DNA of 64,000 bases from an uncultured Gemmatimonadales bacterium (GTDB lineage: Bacteria > Gemmatimonadota > Gemmatimonadetes > Longimicrobiales > RSA9), in contig CAWCRS010000007.1 of assembly GCA_963798085.1 (NCBI GenBank), positions 1,760,001 through 1,824,000 of the forward strand, given 5' to 3'. The notes below the pieces were generated by a model, which was not told the origin of the DNA, made no database searches, and saw nothing but the letters and a program-made list of their open reading frames with translations. Each line of letters begins with the position of its first letter. Position 1 is the stretch's first letter. This document shows, one piece after another, positions 30,244 through 40,638 of this stretch. The position numbers were made by a program, and so were the translations under genes.

Positions 30244-30468
30244 TCAGCCTTCTTTCACGCTCGACGCATCGAGCAGTTGCTGGAGGCGGGCGTCGTTCAT
30301 GTTCTCGAGTTCTGATTCCGCCTGCTCGGCGCTCACCGCAGGCAAGGCGGTTTCGCGGACCGCTTCCGCTGCGGCGAGAGGTACGAACAGGGCGCAGTAC
30401 GTACCCCAGGAAGCGCGACCGAGCACCACGTCCCAGGCGGCGCCATTGAGGTCCTTGAATCTGCGCAT
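30244..30468 (-). CDS. Small hypothetical protein
   Basis: MRRFKDLNGAAWDVVLGRASWG...LQQLLDAS; GGAG Shine-Dalgarno upstream of ATG 30468. Confidence 0.7.
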   Translation of the reverse strand: MRRFKDLNGAAWDVVLGRASWGTYCALFVPLAAAEAVRETALPAVSAEQAESELENMNDARLQQLLDASSVKEG

Positions 30469-30544
30469 GCGTGCACTCCGCATTTTGCGTTTCGCATTGA
30501 CTCGCGCCAGGCTTTCACTGCCTGCCACCGGGAGATCCTGAAAA

Positions 30545-31297
30545 ATGCAGCAGCGCCTTGCCGACCAGCTGAGCCAGGGATTCGTCGAGATCGGCGAATT
30601 CGTACCGAAGCTGGCCGAAGCCGTCGGCATCCTGATGATCGGGTTCGTGCTCGCCAGGATGTTCGAGCGAGGCACCAGCTTCGTGCTGCGACGCATCGGA
30701 TTCGATCGCTGGATGCGCGAGGGCGGCGTCACGGAAGCACTGGAGCGCGCGGGCACGACACTCGACCCGTCCGGCGTGCTGGGCAAGCTGCTCTTCTGGG
30801 CGATCATGCTGGTCGTGATCATCCTGAGCGCGAGCGTGCTCGGTGTCTCCGCCGTGAGTGTACTGTTCAACGAGCTGGTCACGTACATCCCGAACGTCAT
30901 TGCTGCGGTGATCGTGCTCGTGCTGGGCATCCTGCTGGGTGAATTCCTCAAGGATCTGGTGCTGGCGTCCGCCGGCGGCCTGAGCGGCGCGCCCACGCTG
31001 GCGCGCGCAGCCAAGGTCGCGGTGATCCTGCTGGCCACGTTCATGGCCCTCGAGCAGCTCGACATCGCGCAGAACATCGTGCTGGTGTTCTTCATCGCGG
31101 TCGTGGGCGCGGCCGCACTGGCGGCCGGCATTGCGTTCGGCTTCGGCGGTCGCGAAGTGGCGGGCGAGATCGTGCGCGACTGGTACATGCGGGGCCGCAT
31201 CTCGACGCACAGGGAGAGCCCCGCCGAAGCGCGCGTGCCGGCGCCCGAACCCGCGGAGCCGGAGCCACCTGCATCGAGCGACGCCGCGGCCGACTGA
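30545..31297 (+). CDS. MscS-associated TM-helix repeat (CmpX-like) membrane protein
   Basis: FVPKL.A..IL.IG and YIPNVIAAVIVL repeats; ALEQL.I, AAGIAFGFGGREVA. Confidence 0.85.
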   Translation: MQQRLADQLSQGFVEIGEFVPKLAEAVGILMIGFVLARMFERGTSFVLRRIGFDRWMREGGVTEALERAGTTLDPSGVLGKLLFWAIMLVVIILSASVLGVSAVSVLFNELVTYIPNVIAAVIVLVLGILLGEFLKDLVLASAGGLSGAPTLARAAKVAVILLATFMALEQLDIAQNIVLVFFIAVVGAAALAAGIAFGFGGREVAGEIVRDWYMRGRISTHRESPAEARVPAPEPAEPEPPASSDAAAD

Positions 31298-31325
31298 GTT
31301 CGGCGAGCAAGCCCCGTCGTTCGCG

Positions 31326-32108
31326 CTACATGCCGAGGATGTTGTAGCCCGCATCCACGTGCAGCACCTCGCCGGTGATGCCGGCACCCAGATCACTGCA
31401 CAACACGGTTGCCGCGCGACCCACGTCATCGCTGGTCACATTGCGACGCAGCGGGGCGCGCTCCTCAGCCATGCCGTACATGCCCTTGAAGCCGCGCACG
31501 CCAGCCGCCGCGAGCGTACGGATGGGGCCCGCACTGATGGCGTTGACCCGCACACCCTGCGGACCCAGCTCGTACGCCAGGTAGCGCACGCTGGCTTCGA
31601 GCGCGGCTTTCGCGACACCCATGACATTGTAGTTGGGCACCACCTTCTCGGCGCCGTAGTACGTCATTGTGATGATGTTGCCGTGGCGGGCCGTGAGCAG
31701 CGGCGCGGCGTGGCGCGCCAGCAGGACGAGCGAATAGACGCTGATGTCGAGCGCCGTAGCGAAGCCGGCGCGTGATGTGTCCAGGTATCGCCCCTCGAGA
31801 TCCTCACGCTGTGCATAGGCGATGGAGTGGATGAGCACGTCCACGCCATCCCACACCTCGCCCACGCGGCGGAACACATCTTCGACGTGCTCGTCGCGGG
31901 TGACGTCGCAGGGCAGGATCAGCCGTGCATCGAGGCTCTGGGCCAGCGGTCGCACGCGCTTCTCGAGCACATCGCCCGCATAAGTGAAGATGAAGTCGGT
32001 GCCACCGCCCGCGTGAATCGCCTGGGTGATGCCCCAGGCGATGCTGCGTTCGTTGGCCACACCGAACACGAGCACACGCTTGCCCGCGAACAGCGCTGTT
32101 GTATCCAT
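31326..32108 (-). CDS. fabI: Enoyl-ACP reductase
   Basis: GVANERSIAWGI, HSIAYA, YNVMGVAKAALE, NAISAGPIRTLAA, HVDAG. Confidence 0.96.
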   Translation of the reverse strand: MDTTALFAGKRVLVFGVANERSIAWGITQAIHAGGGTDFIFTYAGDVLEKRVRPLAQSLDARLILPCDVTRDEHVEDVFRRVGEVWDGVDVLIHSIAYAQREDLEGRYLDTSRAGFATALDISVYSLVLLARHAAPLLTARHGNIITMTYYGAEKVVPNYNVMGVAKAALEASVRYLAYELGPQGVRVNAISAGPIRTLAAAGVRGFKGMYGMAEERAPLRRNVTSDDVGRAATVLCSDLGAGITGEVLHVDAGYNILGM

Positions 32109-32137
32109 GGATCTCCTGGCGAGCGGGTAGAGGTGCG

Positions 32138-32413
32138 CTACTGGAACATATCGAAGGCGCTGTCCAGGTCCTTGCGGGAATAGACACGGAAGGAAACCAG
32201 CGTGGTGGTACGCTCGAGTCCGGCCACGCGTGCGAGTTTGCCGGTGACCACGTCGGCGATCTGTTCCCACTCGGGCACGCGCACGATGGCAACGAGGTCC
32301 CAGTCGCCGGAGACGGAATAGACCTCGGCCACGCCCTCGATCTCGGCCACTGCCCGTGCCGCGATGGGGATCTGCTCCCGCTGGGCGCGGATCAGCACGA
32401 CTGCTGCCACCAT
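32138..32413 (-). CDS. Lrp/AsnC ligand-binding-domain-only protein
   Basis: IEGVAEVYSVSGDWDLVAIV...GLERTTTLVSF; no HTH. Confidence 0.88.
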   Translation of the reverse strand: MVAAVVLIRAQREQIPIAARAVAEIEGVAEVYSVSGDWDLVAIVRVPEWEQIADVVTGKLARVAGLERTTTLVSFRVYSRKDLDSAFDMFQ

Positions 32414-32585
32414 CGCCTGCCTCCCGTCATGAGCCACTGCCGCTGCGGGCGACTTCGCGTCGTCCGGCGCGGGGGAGGCGAAGGTATCGCGGCGTCTCGA
32501 CCGGCCGCAACCCGGCGCGGGCGGCGCAGGCATGGGGCGGCCGGACCTTGCGCGGAGCGGTGGGCGCCGGGATTTTTCGCGCCCC

Positions 32586-33548
32586 ATGAATGCAAGGCCC
32601 TCCCCGGCTGTGACTGCTGCTGTACCCGTGCCTGCCACATCCCTCCGCGCGCACGTCGCACTGCTCACCATGGCGCTCATCTGGGCGTTGAATTTCTCCA
32701 TCAGCAAGCAGGCGCTGGCCACGTTGCCGCCGCTGCCGTTCAACGCTTTGCGGTTTCCGCTGGCGGCCGCGGTGGTCACTGTGGCACTACGCTGGCGAGG
32801 CGGGGTGCGACTGCCGCCACGGGAAGATCGCTGGCGGCTGATCGGACTGGGCGTACTGGCGAATGTGTTGTACCAGCTGCTGTTCATATTCGGTCTGGCG
32901 CACACGCGGGCGGGTACGGCGAGCGTGCTGCTGGCAGGCACACCCATGGCCACGGCGGTGCTGGCAGCGGCGACGGGGCAGGAACGCGTCACGCGCAGTG
33001 TCTGGGTGGGCGCGGCGGCGACATTGCTGGGGATTGCGCTGGTGGCCGGTGCAGCCACGCCGGAAGCCGGGGAAACCCGTCCTCTGCTGGGCAATCTGCT
33101 GCTGCTGAGCGCAACGGCGGCGTGGGCGGTGTACGCGGTCGCCAGTCGCGACCTGATCCGGAAGCACGGTGCGCTGCCGGTCACGGCATGGACGCTCTGG
33201 GCAGGCTCTGTCGGCATTGTGCTCGCGGGTCTCCCTTCCCTGCTGCACCTCGAGCCCGGCGTGCTCACGCCGGCCGTCTGGCTGGCCATCGTCTATGCGG
33301 GCGCGCTGAGCATTGGCACGGCCTACGTGCTCTGGTCCTATGGCCTGCGGCAGATCGGGCCGACACGGGCGGGCACCTACTCCAACCTGGTTCCCGTCTT
33401 CGCGCTGGTGGCGGCGTGGTTGTGGCTGGGTGAGCGGCCCACGCTCATGCAGGTGCTGGGCGCCGCCATCATCATCGGAGGTGTGACACTGGCGCAGGCG
33501 CGCATCCGGCGGCCCAGCTTCCCGGTGCTGCGGTCGCCGGCACCGTGA
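32586..33548 (+). CDS. DMT/EamA family transporter
   Basis: 10 transmembrane helices; IWALNF..K...PP....LRF, GPTRAGTYSNLVPV..LGE. Confidence 0.92.
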   Translation: MNARPSPAVTAAVPVPATSLRAHVALLTMALIWALNFSISKQALATLPPLPFNALRFPLAAAVVTVALRWRGGVRLPPREDRWRLIGLGVLANVLYQLLFIFGLAHTRAGTASVLLAGTPMATAVLAAATGQERVTRSVWVGAAATLLGIALVAGAATPEAGETRPLLGNLLLLSATAAWAVYAVASRDLIRKHGALPVTAWTLWAGSVGIVLAGLPSLLHLEPGVLTPAVWLAIVYAGALSIGTAYVLWSYGLRQIGPTRAGTYSNLVPVFALVAAWLWLGERPTLMQVLGAAIIIGGVTLAQARIRRPSFPVLRSPAP

Positions 33549-33576
33549 AGCGGCGTCGTCGTCATCTAACTGTATG

Positions 33577-35736
33577 TTAACGGACGCGCAGTATGGTGAG
33601 TTGCGCTGTGCCCGGCCCGGCGAAGCCGCCCCCCTGCAGGCCCGTGAAGGCAAGGTTGAAGGGGTTGGCGATGGGTGAGGCGCTCTGCAGCATGACGTAA
33701 TCCTGCGTGCCAGCCGGCAGCTGGTCACTCCTGAGGTAATCCTGGAACGCCACCACCGAGGGGAACAGCGGGTAGCCTCCGGACACGGAACCGAGCATGG
33801 TGTGCAGGTCGAAATCGATGAAGCCGTAGCGGGCGTCGACGCTGATGCCTGCCAGATCCGGCGCTCCATCGGCCCAGAGCGCGACGCCGAACTCGCTGAG
33901 CAGCTCGCGCCACGGGCGGCCGGTAGCGCCGGCAATGTTGGCTGCTCCGAGGGCCGTGCTGGCCGTCAGCCTGCCCAGCAGCGCGTCGCCGCCGTACTGC
34001 CCGTGCAGGTATTCCACCAGCAGCCAGTTGGCGCCGCGCTGCTCGAGCGTGCCGGGTGATTCCTCGGACAGCGCGGCCACGCTCGCAGGATGCGCCAGGT
34101 ACAGCTGGGCGCGCACGAAGTTGGGGTGACGGAAATCATTGGCCCGCTGTACGTCACCGCGTGCCAGCAGCACGCGGCCGACGATTTCTTCCGCGGAGTG
34201 CGCAAGACCTTCGGAAAGCCACAGCAGATCGAGCCGGCCACCCTTGCGGGAAAAATTGATCATGTGCTGGAACTCGTGCGCCAGGACGCCGGGCACGGTG
34301 CGCAGCACAATGTCCTTGGTGCGCGCCGCGCTGAACTGTCCCTGCGGATCAGGCACGACACCGTAGAAGATCTCGCCCTTGTTGGTTGCCGAGCAGCGGC
34401 TCACATCCACCAGATCGCAACCGTAGAAATAGCCGGCAATGAAACCGGATTGCGATCGATCGGTCAGCGCATTCACCGCGGGCGTGAACAGCACGATGAT
34501 GTGGCCGTTGCCATCAATGTCGGAGGGCGATCCATAGACACTGGTATCGGTGGCGTAGATGGGATCATCGAACAGCGCGAGAAAGCCCTGGATGTCGGTG
34601 GTGTTGAAGCCGCCGCTGGGCGCCGTGTCATCGACGTACGCAATGGCGTGCGTGCTGACGGCCTGCACGGTCGCGGTCACGCGCTTCGACTTGTTGTCCT
34701 GTGTGAGGACGTTGAAGGCGCGCTTGTCGCCGACGGCGGGAATGACAACGGCCGCGCCCGCCGCCGAGGGCTGCGGTGGTGCCCCGCCGCGCATGGCCAT
34801 CTCACTGCGCCGCAGCATCGTCTCGAACTCGAGCGCACGATCGGTGTGCGTGGCCGCAGTTGCGGGCGGCAGCGCCACCGGGCTGGCGCCGGCAATGCCG
34901 AGCAGTTCGTAGCGCAGCGGCAGTCGCATGGTGTCGACGGCATTCTGCGGAACCAGCAGGAAGCGGGAGCCGCTGCCGGCGGCAAACTGCACACAGGCGA
35001 GGTCCGTGGGCTGATCGATGCGCAGCGTCTTGCCGACCGCGAGGCTCAGGGGCGTTTCCGCGGCGGCCACCGTGAGCAGCGGCACCGTGCCGCTGGTGAC
35101 TGCACCGAGCGTCACGCGCAGGGTGGTGCTGCGACTGAGAACGCAGCGCGGCGCATCGACGACCAGTTGTGTGCTGCTGGCGCTGCGGGTCACACCGCGC
35201 AGGCCACCGAAAAGCACGGCGTTATCCGCCGGGTTCGTCGAGAAGTTGCGACCGGTGACGGTGATGGACTGGCCGCCGGTCACCGTGGTGGGCGAAACCG
35301 CCTCCACGATGGGTGCGGACACGGCGCGCAGTGCGAAGGTGGGCGCGGCGCCCACCATTTTCGGTGCTGAAGCCTCGACGCGGATGGCGCCCGTATCCCC
35401 GCCCGCTGTCACGCTGGCCGAGGCGAAGCCGTTGCCATCGGTGCGGGCGTCGATCTGGGCAATTGTCGCCTTGCCCGAGGTCACGCGCCAGGAGATGCTG
35501 GCGTTCTCGACGGGTGTGCCGTGCGTCGGGTCGCTGGCAACCACGGTGAGCGGTACAGCGGCGGCGCCGCCGGGCAGCAGGAACTGACCGCCGCCCTCAG
35601 CGGCGGCGAGAGCAACAGCGACATCGGCGGGCGAGGTGCTGTCATGGGAGCAGGCCGCGAGCGCGACTAACAGCGCGATAGCAAATGCAGGCCCCGCCGG
35701 GCGGCGCTGCGGGCGGACCGCCGGATTCAGGCTCAC
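33577..35736 (-). CDS. Lipoprotein with Ig-like/IPT-TIG domains and a zinc metallopeptidase (M30-like) domain
   Basis: Lipobox LAAC; TD.NG.AS Ig motif; ITVTGRNF IPT; D.DGNG.I..LF; AHEFQHMINF...WLSEG. Confidence 0.85.
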   Translation of the reverse strand: MSLNPAVRPQRRPAGPAFAIALLVALAACSHDSTSPADVAVALAAAEGGGQFLLPGGAAAVPLTVVASDPTHGTPVENASISWRVTSGKATIAQIDARTDGNGFASASVTAGGDTGAIRVEASAPKMVGAAPTFALRAVSAPIVEAVSPTTVTGGQSITVTGRNFSTNPADNAVLFGGLRGVTRSASSTQLVVDAPRCVLSRSTTLRVTLGAVTSGTVPLLTVAAAETPLSLAVGKTLRIDQPTDLACVQFAAGSGSRFLLVPQNAVDTMRLPLRYELLGIAGASPVALPPATAATHTDRALEFETMLRRSEMAMRGGAPPQPSAAGAAVVIPAVGDKRAFNVLTQDNKSKRVTATVQAVSTHAIAYVDDTAPSGGFNTTDIQGFLALFDDPIYATDTSVYGSPSDIDGNGHIIVLFTPAVNALTDRSQSGFIAGYFYGCDLVDVSRCSATNKGEIFYGVVPDPQGQFSAARTKDIVLRTVPGVLAHEFQHMINFSRKGGRLDLLWLSEGLAHSAEEIVGRVLLARGDVQRANDFRHPNFVRAQLYLAHPASVAALSEESPGTLEQRGANWLLVEYLHGQYGGDALLGRLTASTALGAANIAGATGRPWRELLSEFGVALWADGAPDLAGISVDARYGFIDFDLHTMLGSVSGGYPLFPSVVAFQDYLRSDQLPAGTQDYVMLQSASPIANPFNLAFTGLQGGGFAGPGTAQLTILRVR

Positions 35737-36618
35737 CCGCGGCCGCGCGTGCCTCGTGCGCCGACGTACAGGAACGCCCCGTGCCCAGCCCTGCCGCCGT
35801 ACCTGCCCGGGCCTGCCGGAAGGCCGCTGTCGAACCCGGGCCAGGTCGGTGCCTGAGCGTGAGTCGGGACCGCGCGCAGGCGAAGGCCGCGCGCCACGAG
35901 CAGGTCCTGTTGCTTCGGGATGAGCTTATGGTTTCGGCCTGGCGCACTGCGGACCGCGTCGTAGCGTGGCGGGCAATGGCCCATGCGATCGCCGTGCAAC
36001 ACGACGTTCTGACGGGCGCTCGCGGGAACCTTCACGCTGCGACGGACGGTATCGAGGTTCGCCGTGCCGACAGCCAGCGGCACGAACAATGAGACGCGGC
36101 GGCTGTCCGGCACCGGAATCCGCGACTTGCTGCCTGCGCGGACGGAGGCGGTGTACCCTGCGCGTCGTACGCGGGTATGCAGCGGCCGGTGTTGCCGTGA
36201 GCGGCAGATGTCGGGGAAGCGTCCGGCGTTGCGGCAGGCTCACGGGGCTCAGCAACGAGAGACCGGACGGAATGGTCATGACCGATGCCGTTGCGTGCGG
36301 ACCCTTGCGCGGGCTGTGTCGCGGCGTGCTGCGCGTGGCCTGAGGCTGAAAGCGAGCCAATGACCGGTGGGAAACGCAAGCGCCCCATCAGTGACATGTG
36401 CTACCAGGTCCTGCATTCTGATAAGCAAGGGAAGGCGCGCGCGGCCCGGAGGCCGACGCGCGCCTGATACACGAAGTCTAACGGCGCAAAAGGGGGGTGG
36501 TCAACCGGCCGCGCGGCATGCGTGGCTCGCTTGCGCCGCCTCTGCGCGGGTTTCTACCTTGCGCGCGCTTCCTCGCCCGGCGTGGACCGGGCGCTTCTTC
36601 CTGTGAACGGATCGGAGA

Positions 36619-37314
36619 ATGCGCGGGAAACTGCAATGGCTGCTGCTGGTGCTGTCCTGCAGCGCACTACTGCCACGCGGCGCGGCAGCGCAGCACATCG
36701 CGTCACCCTATCGTTTTCTGGGCGCGAAGCAGGGCGGCACATTCTTCGCCGGCTATCTGCTGACGGGTCGCGGCTCGCTGCAACTCGGGCCGCGCTCGGG
36801 TCCGATATTTGGAGCGCGTTACGACATTATCCTGAGCGGACCGTTCGCGATCGAGGCAGATCTCGGCTACTTCTCGCGCACAAGAGCGGTCTGGGACACG
36901 ACAGCGAATGATACGACGCGGCACACGGTGGGGGATGCGAATTTCCGCGCGGTGCTGGCGACGGCCGCGCTGCGCTTCAATCTGACGGGGCCGCGGACCT
37001 ATCACGGTATTCTCCCTTACCTGCTGTTTGGGCTGGGCGCTGCTCTCGATGTTTCCGGGTCGAGTCCCGCGGAGACCGATCTGGGCAGTGACATCCAGTT
37101 CAACTTCGGCACCAGTTTCACGGGCGTACTGGGCGGCGGTTCGGAGTTCGCGGTGGGCGACCATTTGGCGCTGCGCGTGGATGCGCGCAATCTGCTGTGG
37201 AAGCTGAAGACGCCGCGCGCGTTCCTGCTGAAGTCCGATCAGGCGCTGCTGCTCCCTGCGGATGAGTGGGCGCAGAACCTGTCGCTCACCGCGGGCCTCG
37301 TCATTCGGTTCTGA
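36619..37314 (+). CDS. Outer-membrane beta-barrel protein
   Basis: Signal peptide, amphipathic beta-strands, PY...GLG, C-terminal LTAGLVIRF (terminal Phe). Confidence 0.8.
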   Translation: MRGKLQWLLLVLSCSALLPRGAAAQHIASPYRFLGAKQGGTFFAGYLLTGRGSLQLGPRSGPIFGARYDIILSGPFAIEADLGYFSRTRAVWDTTANDTTRHTVGDANFRAVLATAALRFNLTGPRTYHGILPYLLFGLGAALDVSGSSPAETDLGSDIQFNFGTSFTGVLGGGSEFAVGDHLALRVDARNLLWKLKTPRAFLLKSDQALLLPADEWAQNLSLTAGLVIRF

Positions 37315-37331
37315 CCGCTTCGCACGATCGC

Positions 37332-37910
37332 ATGGCGACTCCGAAGCCGGCTGTGGGATCCGCACAGCGAGGTCCTCGCCGGCTGTTTGGCGATCGTCTC
37401 ATGGGCGCCGCCCGCCTGGATCCGCAGACCTACGAAGATGTGGAAGCGGATACCAGCGCCACGCCGCAGGCCGCGCTGGTGGTGTGTCTTTCTGCGGTGT
37501 CTCTTGCCATTGGACAGTCCGCCGCAGGCGCGGAGGGCGTCGCGTACAGCATTGGTCGCGAGCTGCTGGGATGGGTGCTATGGTCCGGCATCACGTGGCT
37601 GATCGGCGACAAGCTGCTGCGCGGCCGCGCGACATGGGGTCAGCTGCTGCGCACGATCGGGTTCGCGCAGGCGCCCGGCCTGCTCTACGCGCTGCGCGCG
37701 ATCCCCGGTCTCGATGCACCGGTAAAGTTCGCAGTGGCCGTGTGGAAGCTGCTGGCGGGCATTGTAGCCATCCGACAGGCCTGCGATTTCGACGAGGGCA
37801 AGTGGGGCACGCAAAAGGCCATCCTCACGGCTGTGCTGGGCTTCATCGCGTACGTGGGCCTGGCGATTCTCGAGGCTCTGGCACTGGGCCTGCCGCTTCG
37901 CCTCGACTGA
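37332..37910 (+). CDS. Yip1-like membrane protein
   Basis: RLMGAARLD..TYEDVEAD..AT.QA..VV, LLRTIGFAQAPG, VAIRQA.D; several transmembrane helices. Confidence 0.8.
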   Translation: MATPKPAVGSAQRGPRRLFGDRLMGAARLDPQTYEDVEADTSATPQAALVVCLSAVSLAIGQSAAGAEGVAYSIGRELLGWVLWSGITWLIGDKLLRGRATWGQLLRTIGFAQAPGLLYALRAIPGLDAPVKFAVAVWKLLAGIVAIRQACDFDEGKWGTQKAILTAVLGFIAYVGLAILEALALGLPLRLD

Positions 37911-37959
37911 AGCGCCGGCGCCTGCAGCACTGCCGCCAAAGGTCCTATATTGCGCCGGC

Positions 37960-38682
37960 ATGACCACACTCCCCGTAGACGAAGTGCCCTGGGTTCTGCT
38001 TGCGAACGGCGTGCGCGTCGCGTCGGGCACGGCCTCGCCCGGAGAAGAGCGCCCGCTGGCGGCCGGCCGGCTGCTGGCCGAGGGTCTGGTGCGCTCGCCT
38101 GCGGAGCTGCTTTCGATAACAGCGCATTCGGGTGATCCGGTGACGCGCATCGTGGCAGGCATCGATGCGGCGGTGTGCGATGCAGGGCTGGCGGAACAGC
38201 GGCATCGCGCGGAGCACGATTGTGGTCTCACGCATTTCGTCACGTGCGATGCGTCTGCGGCACGCCGGCCCCGCGCGCTGCGGTTGCCGGGCGACGATGT
38301 GGCGGAGCTGCTGCGCCTGCTATATGCCGCCTGTGATGCGCGTTTTCCCAACGGTGGCGTGCACGCGGCGGCGCTGACCGATGGCACGTCGCTGCGTCAC
38401 GTGACGGCCGATGTGGGCCGGCACAATGCTGTCGAGAAGGTGACAGGCATGGCGTTTCTCGCGCGCGAAGACCCGGCCGTGCTGGGTCTGCTGGTCACCG
38501 CGCGCATCAGCGGGCAGATGGCGCTGAGCGCGGCACGGGGAGGCGTGTCATGGGTGGCGAGCCGCTCCGTGCCGACGACGCTGGCCGTGGCCATCGCGCG
38601 CGCGGCCGGATTGCCGCTGATCGGACGGGCCGCGAGCCGCGACCGTCGCGTATTTGCGGTCGAGGAGAGCAGCCGCGCATGA
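37960..38682 (+). CDS. fdhD: Formate dehydrogenase accessory sulfurtransferase
   Basis: SPG....LA.G.L.AEG, GGVHAAAL, DVGRHNAVEK..G, SRSVPTTLAV. Confidence 0.9.
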   Translation: MTTLPVDEVPWVLLANGVRVASGTASPGEERPLAAGRLLAEGLVRSPAELLSITAHSGDPVTRIVAGIDAAVCDAGLAEQRHRAEHDCGLTHFVTCDASAARRPRALRLPGDDVAELLRLLYAACDARFPNGGVHAAALTDGTSLRHVTADVGRHNAVEKVTGMAFLAREDPAVLGLLVTARISGQMALSAARGGVSWVASRSVPTTLAVAIARAAGLPLIGRAASRDRRVFAVEESSRA

Positions 38683-39314
38683 CGGGAGCGATGCTCGGGG
38701 CCATCATCGCGGGCGGGCGCAGCGCGCGCTATGGAAGTCCCAAGGCGCTGGCGACAGTCGCAGGCGAGCGCATCATCGACCGGGTGCAGGCCGCGCTGCG
38801 CGCGGTAGTCGACGACGTTGTGCTGATCGCGAACGCACCGGAGCTGGCGCGCGCGGTGATGTTGCCGGTACGTGCCGATGCGGTACCCGATGCAGGCGCG
38901 CTGGGCGGCATCTTCACGGCACTCTCGTGGGCGGAGGAACGGGGGCGTGCGGGGATGCTCGCGGTGGCGTGTGACATGCCCTTCGTGGCACCGTCCCTGC
39001 TCGCAGCGCTGCTACGCGAAGCGGACGTGGAGGAGCAGGGTCGCCTGCCCGATGTCGTGATTCCCGAAAGCGAAGGCCCACGCGCAGTGGAGCCGCTGTG
39101 CGCGTTCTACGCGACCGCCTGCCTGCCCGCAGTGCGCAGCGCATTGGCGCGCGGTGATCTGCGCATGATCGGATTCCACGAAGATGTGCGGGTGCGGCGC
39201 ATCCCGTTCGCGGTCGTGCAGCAGCACGGTGCACCGGAGCGGCTCTTCCTCAACGTGAACACGCGCGAAGAGCGCGAAGCGGCGGAACGCCTGGCGATCG
39301 CGGTGGCGCAATGA
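38679..39314 (+). CDS. mobA: Molybdenum cofactor guanylyltransferase
   Basis: IAGGRSARYGSPKA, GALGGI, VACDMPF, EPL.A.Y, FLNVNT. Confidence 0.92.
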   Translation: MTGAMLGAIIAGGRSARYGSPKALATVAGERIIDRVQAALRAVVDDVVLIANAPELARAVMLPVRADAVPDAGALGGIFTALSWAEERGRAGMLAVACDMPFVAPSLLAALLREADVEEQGRLPDVVIPESEGPRAVEPLCAFYATACLPAVRSALARGDLRMIGFHEDVRVRRIPFAVVQQHGAPERLFLNVNTREEREAAERLAIAVAQ

Positions 39315-40604
39315 GTCCAGGTCGTCAGGCGGACTGGCTGCTGGTCAACGAGGCCCTGGAGCGCATCCTCGCCGCGGTTGCGCCACTGGGCACGGAAGAA
39401 GTCGACCTGTTGTCGGCGGGCGGGCGCACACTGGGCGTTTCCGTGACATCGCCGGTGGATCAGCCGCCATGGACTAACAGTGCGATGGACGGCTATGCAG
39501 TGCGCTCGGCGGATGTGAGCGGCGCCAGTGAAGACGCGCCACGCACGGTGCGCGTGATCGAGTCCGTGGCGGCTGGTGCCTTTCCCACGCGCGTGGTGGG
39601 TGAGGGTGAGGCGACGCGCGTCATGACCGGAGCGCCGCTGCCCGAGGGAGCGGATGGCGTGATCCGCGTGGAGCACACGCGCGCCGCCGGTGAAGCGCGC
39701 GTCGCGGTCGTGAATGACATGGATGCGGGCCGCAACGTGCGCCGCCGGGGCGAGGATCTGGAGCGCGGACAGGTCGTACTCGAAGCTGGCTCCGTGCTGC
39801 GTGCCGGCGAAGTCGGCGTACTGGCAACGGTCGGTGTGAGGCGAGTACCGGTGTTCCGGCGGGCGCGTATCGGCATTCTCGCGACAGGCAATGAACTGGC
39901 GGACCTCGAGCAGTTCGACGAGGTACTGGCGGGCCGGCGCATCATCAACTCGAACTCCTGGGCGCTGGCCGCCGGCGGCGCAGGCGGTGGGCAGTGACCC
40001 GGTGCTGCTGGGGATCGCGCGCGATGACGCGGACAGCCTGGCGCAGCACCTGGCGCCGGCGCGCGCGCTGGATGCGCTGGTCACGACGGCGGGTGCGAGT
40101 GTGGGCGAGCACGACCTGGTGAAGGACGCGCTCGAGCACATGGGCGCACGCACGGAATTCTGGCGTGTGCGCATTCGGCCGGGCAGTCCCTTCTCGTTCG
40201 GGCTGCTGCCGCGACCGGGTGCGCCGGCGCTGCCCGTATTCAGTCTGCCGGGCAATCCGGTATCGGCGGTGGTCACATTCGAGGTGCTGGTGAAACCGGC
40301 GTTGCGGCGCATGCAGGGCCGGCGCGTGGTACACGCCTGCACCATGCCGGTGCGGACAGCGGAGCGGATCGAGTCGCCACCCGGGCTGATGCGTTTTCTG
40401 CGCGTGACTCTGGAAGCACGTGACGATGGCTGGTACGCCCGCCTCACGGGCGAGCAGGGCTCGGGGATTCTGACATCAGTGGCGCGGGCGGATGCGCTGC
40501 TGGTGGTGCCGCTGGAACGCAGTGTTATCGAAGCCGGCGAGATGGCAATGGCCGTGCCGCTGCGGCGCAGCGACGAAGCGCAGGAAGCATCGGGATTCTT
40601 CTGA
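39311..40604 (+). CDS. moeA: Molybdopterin molybdotransferase, interrupted by a +1 frameshift near 39974
   Basis: SAMDGYAV, IxTG-like VMTGAPLP.GAD, TGNEL, NSN in one frame; TTAGASVG..D, RPG.P, LPGNPVSA, QGSG in the next. Removing one G gives 430 aa. Confidence 0.9.
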
Positions 40605-40638
40605 GCGGCCGCCGCGAGCCGCGCAACCGCAAGGGACC

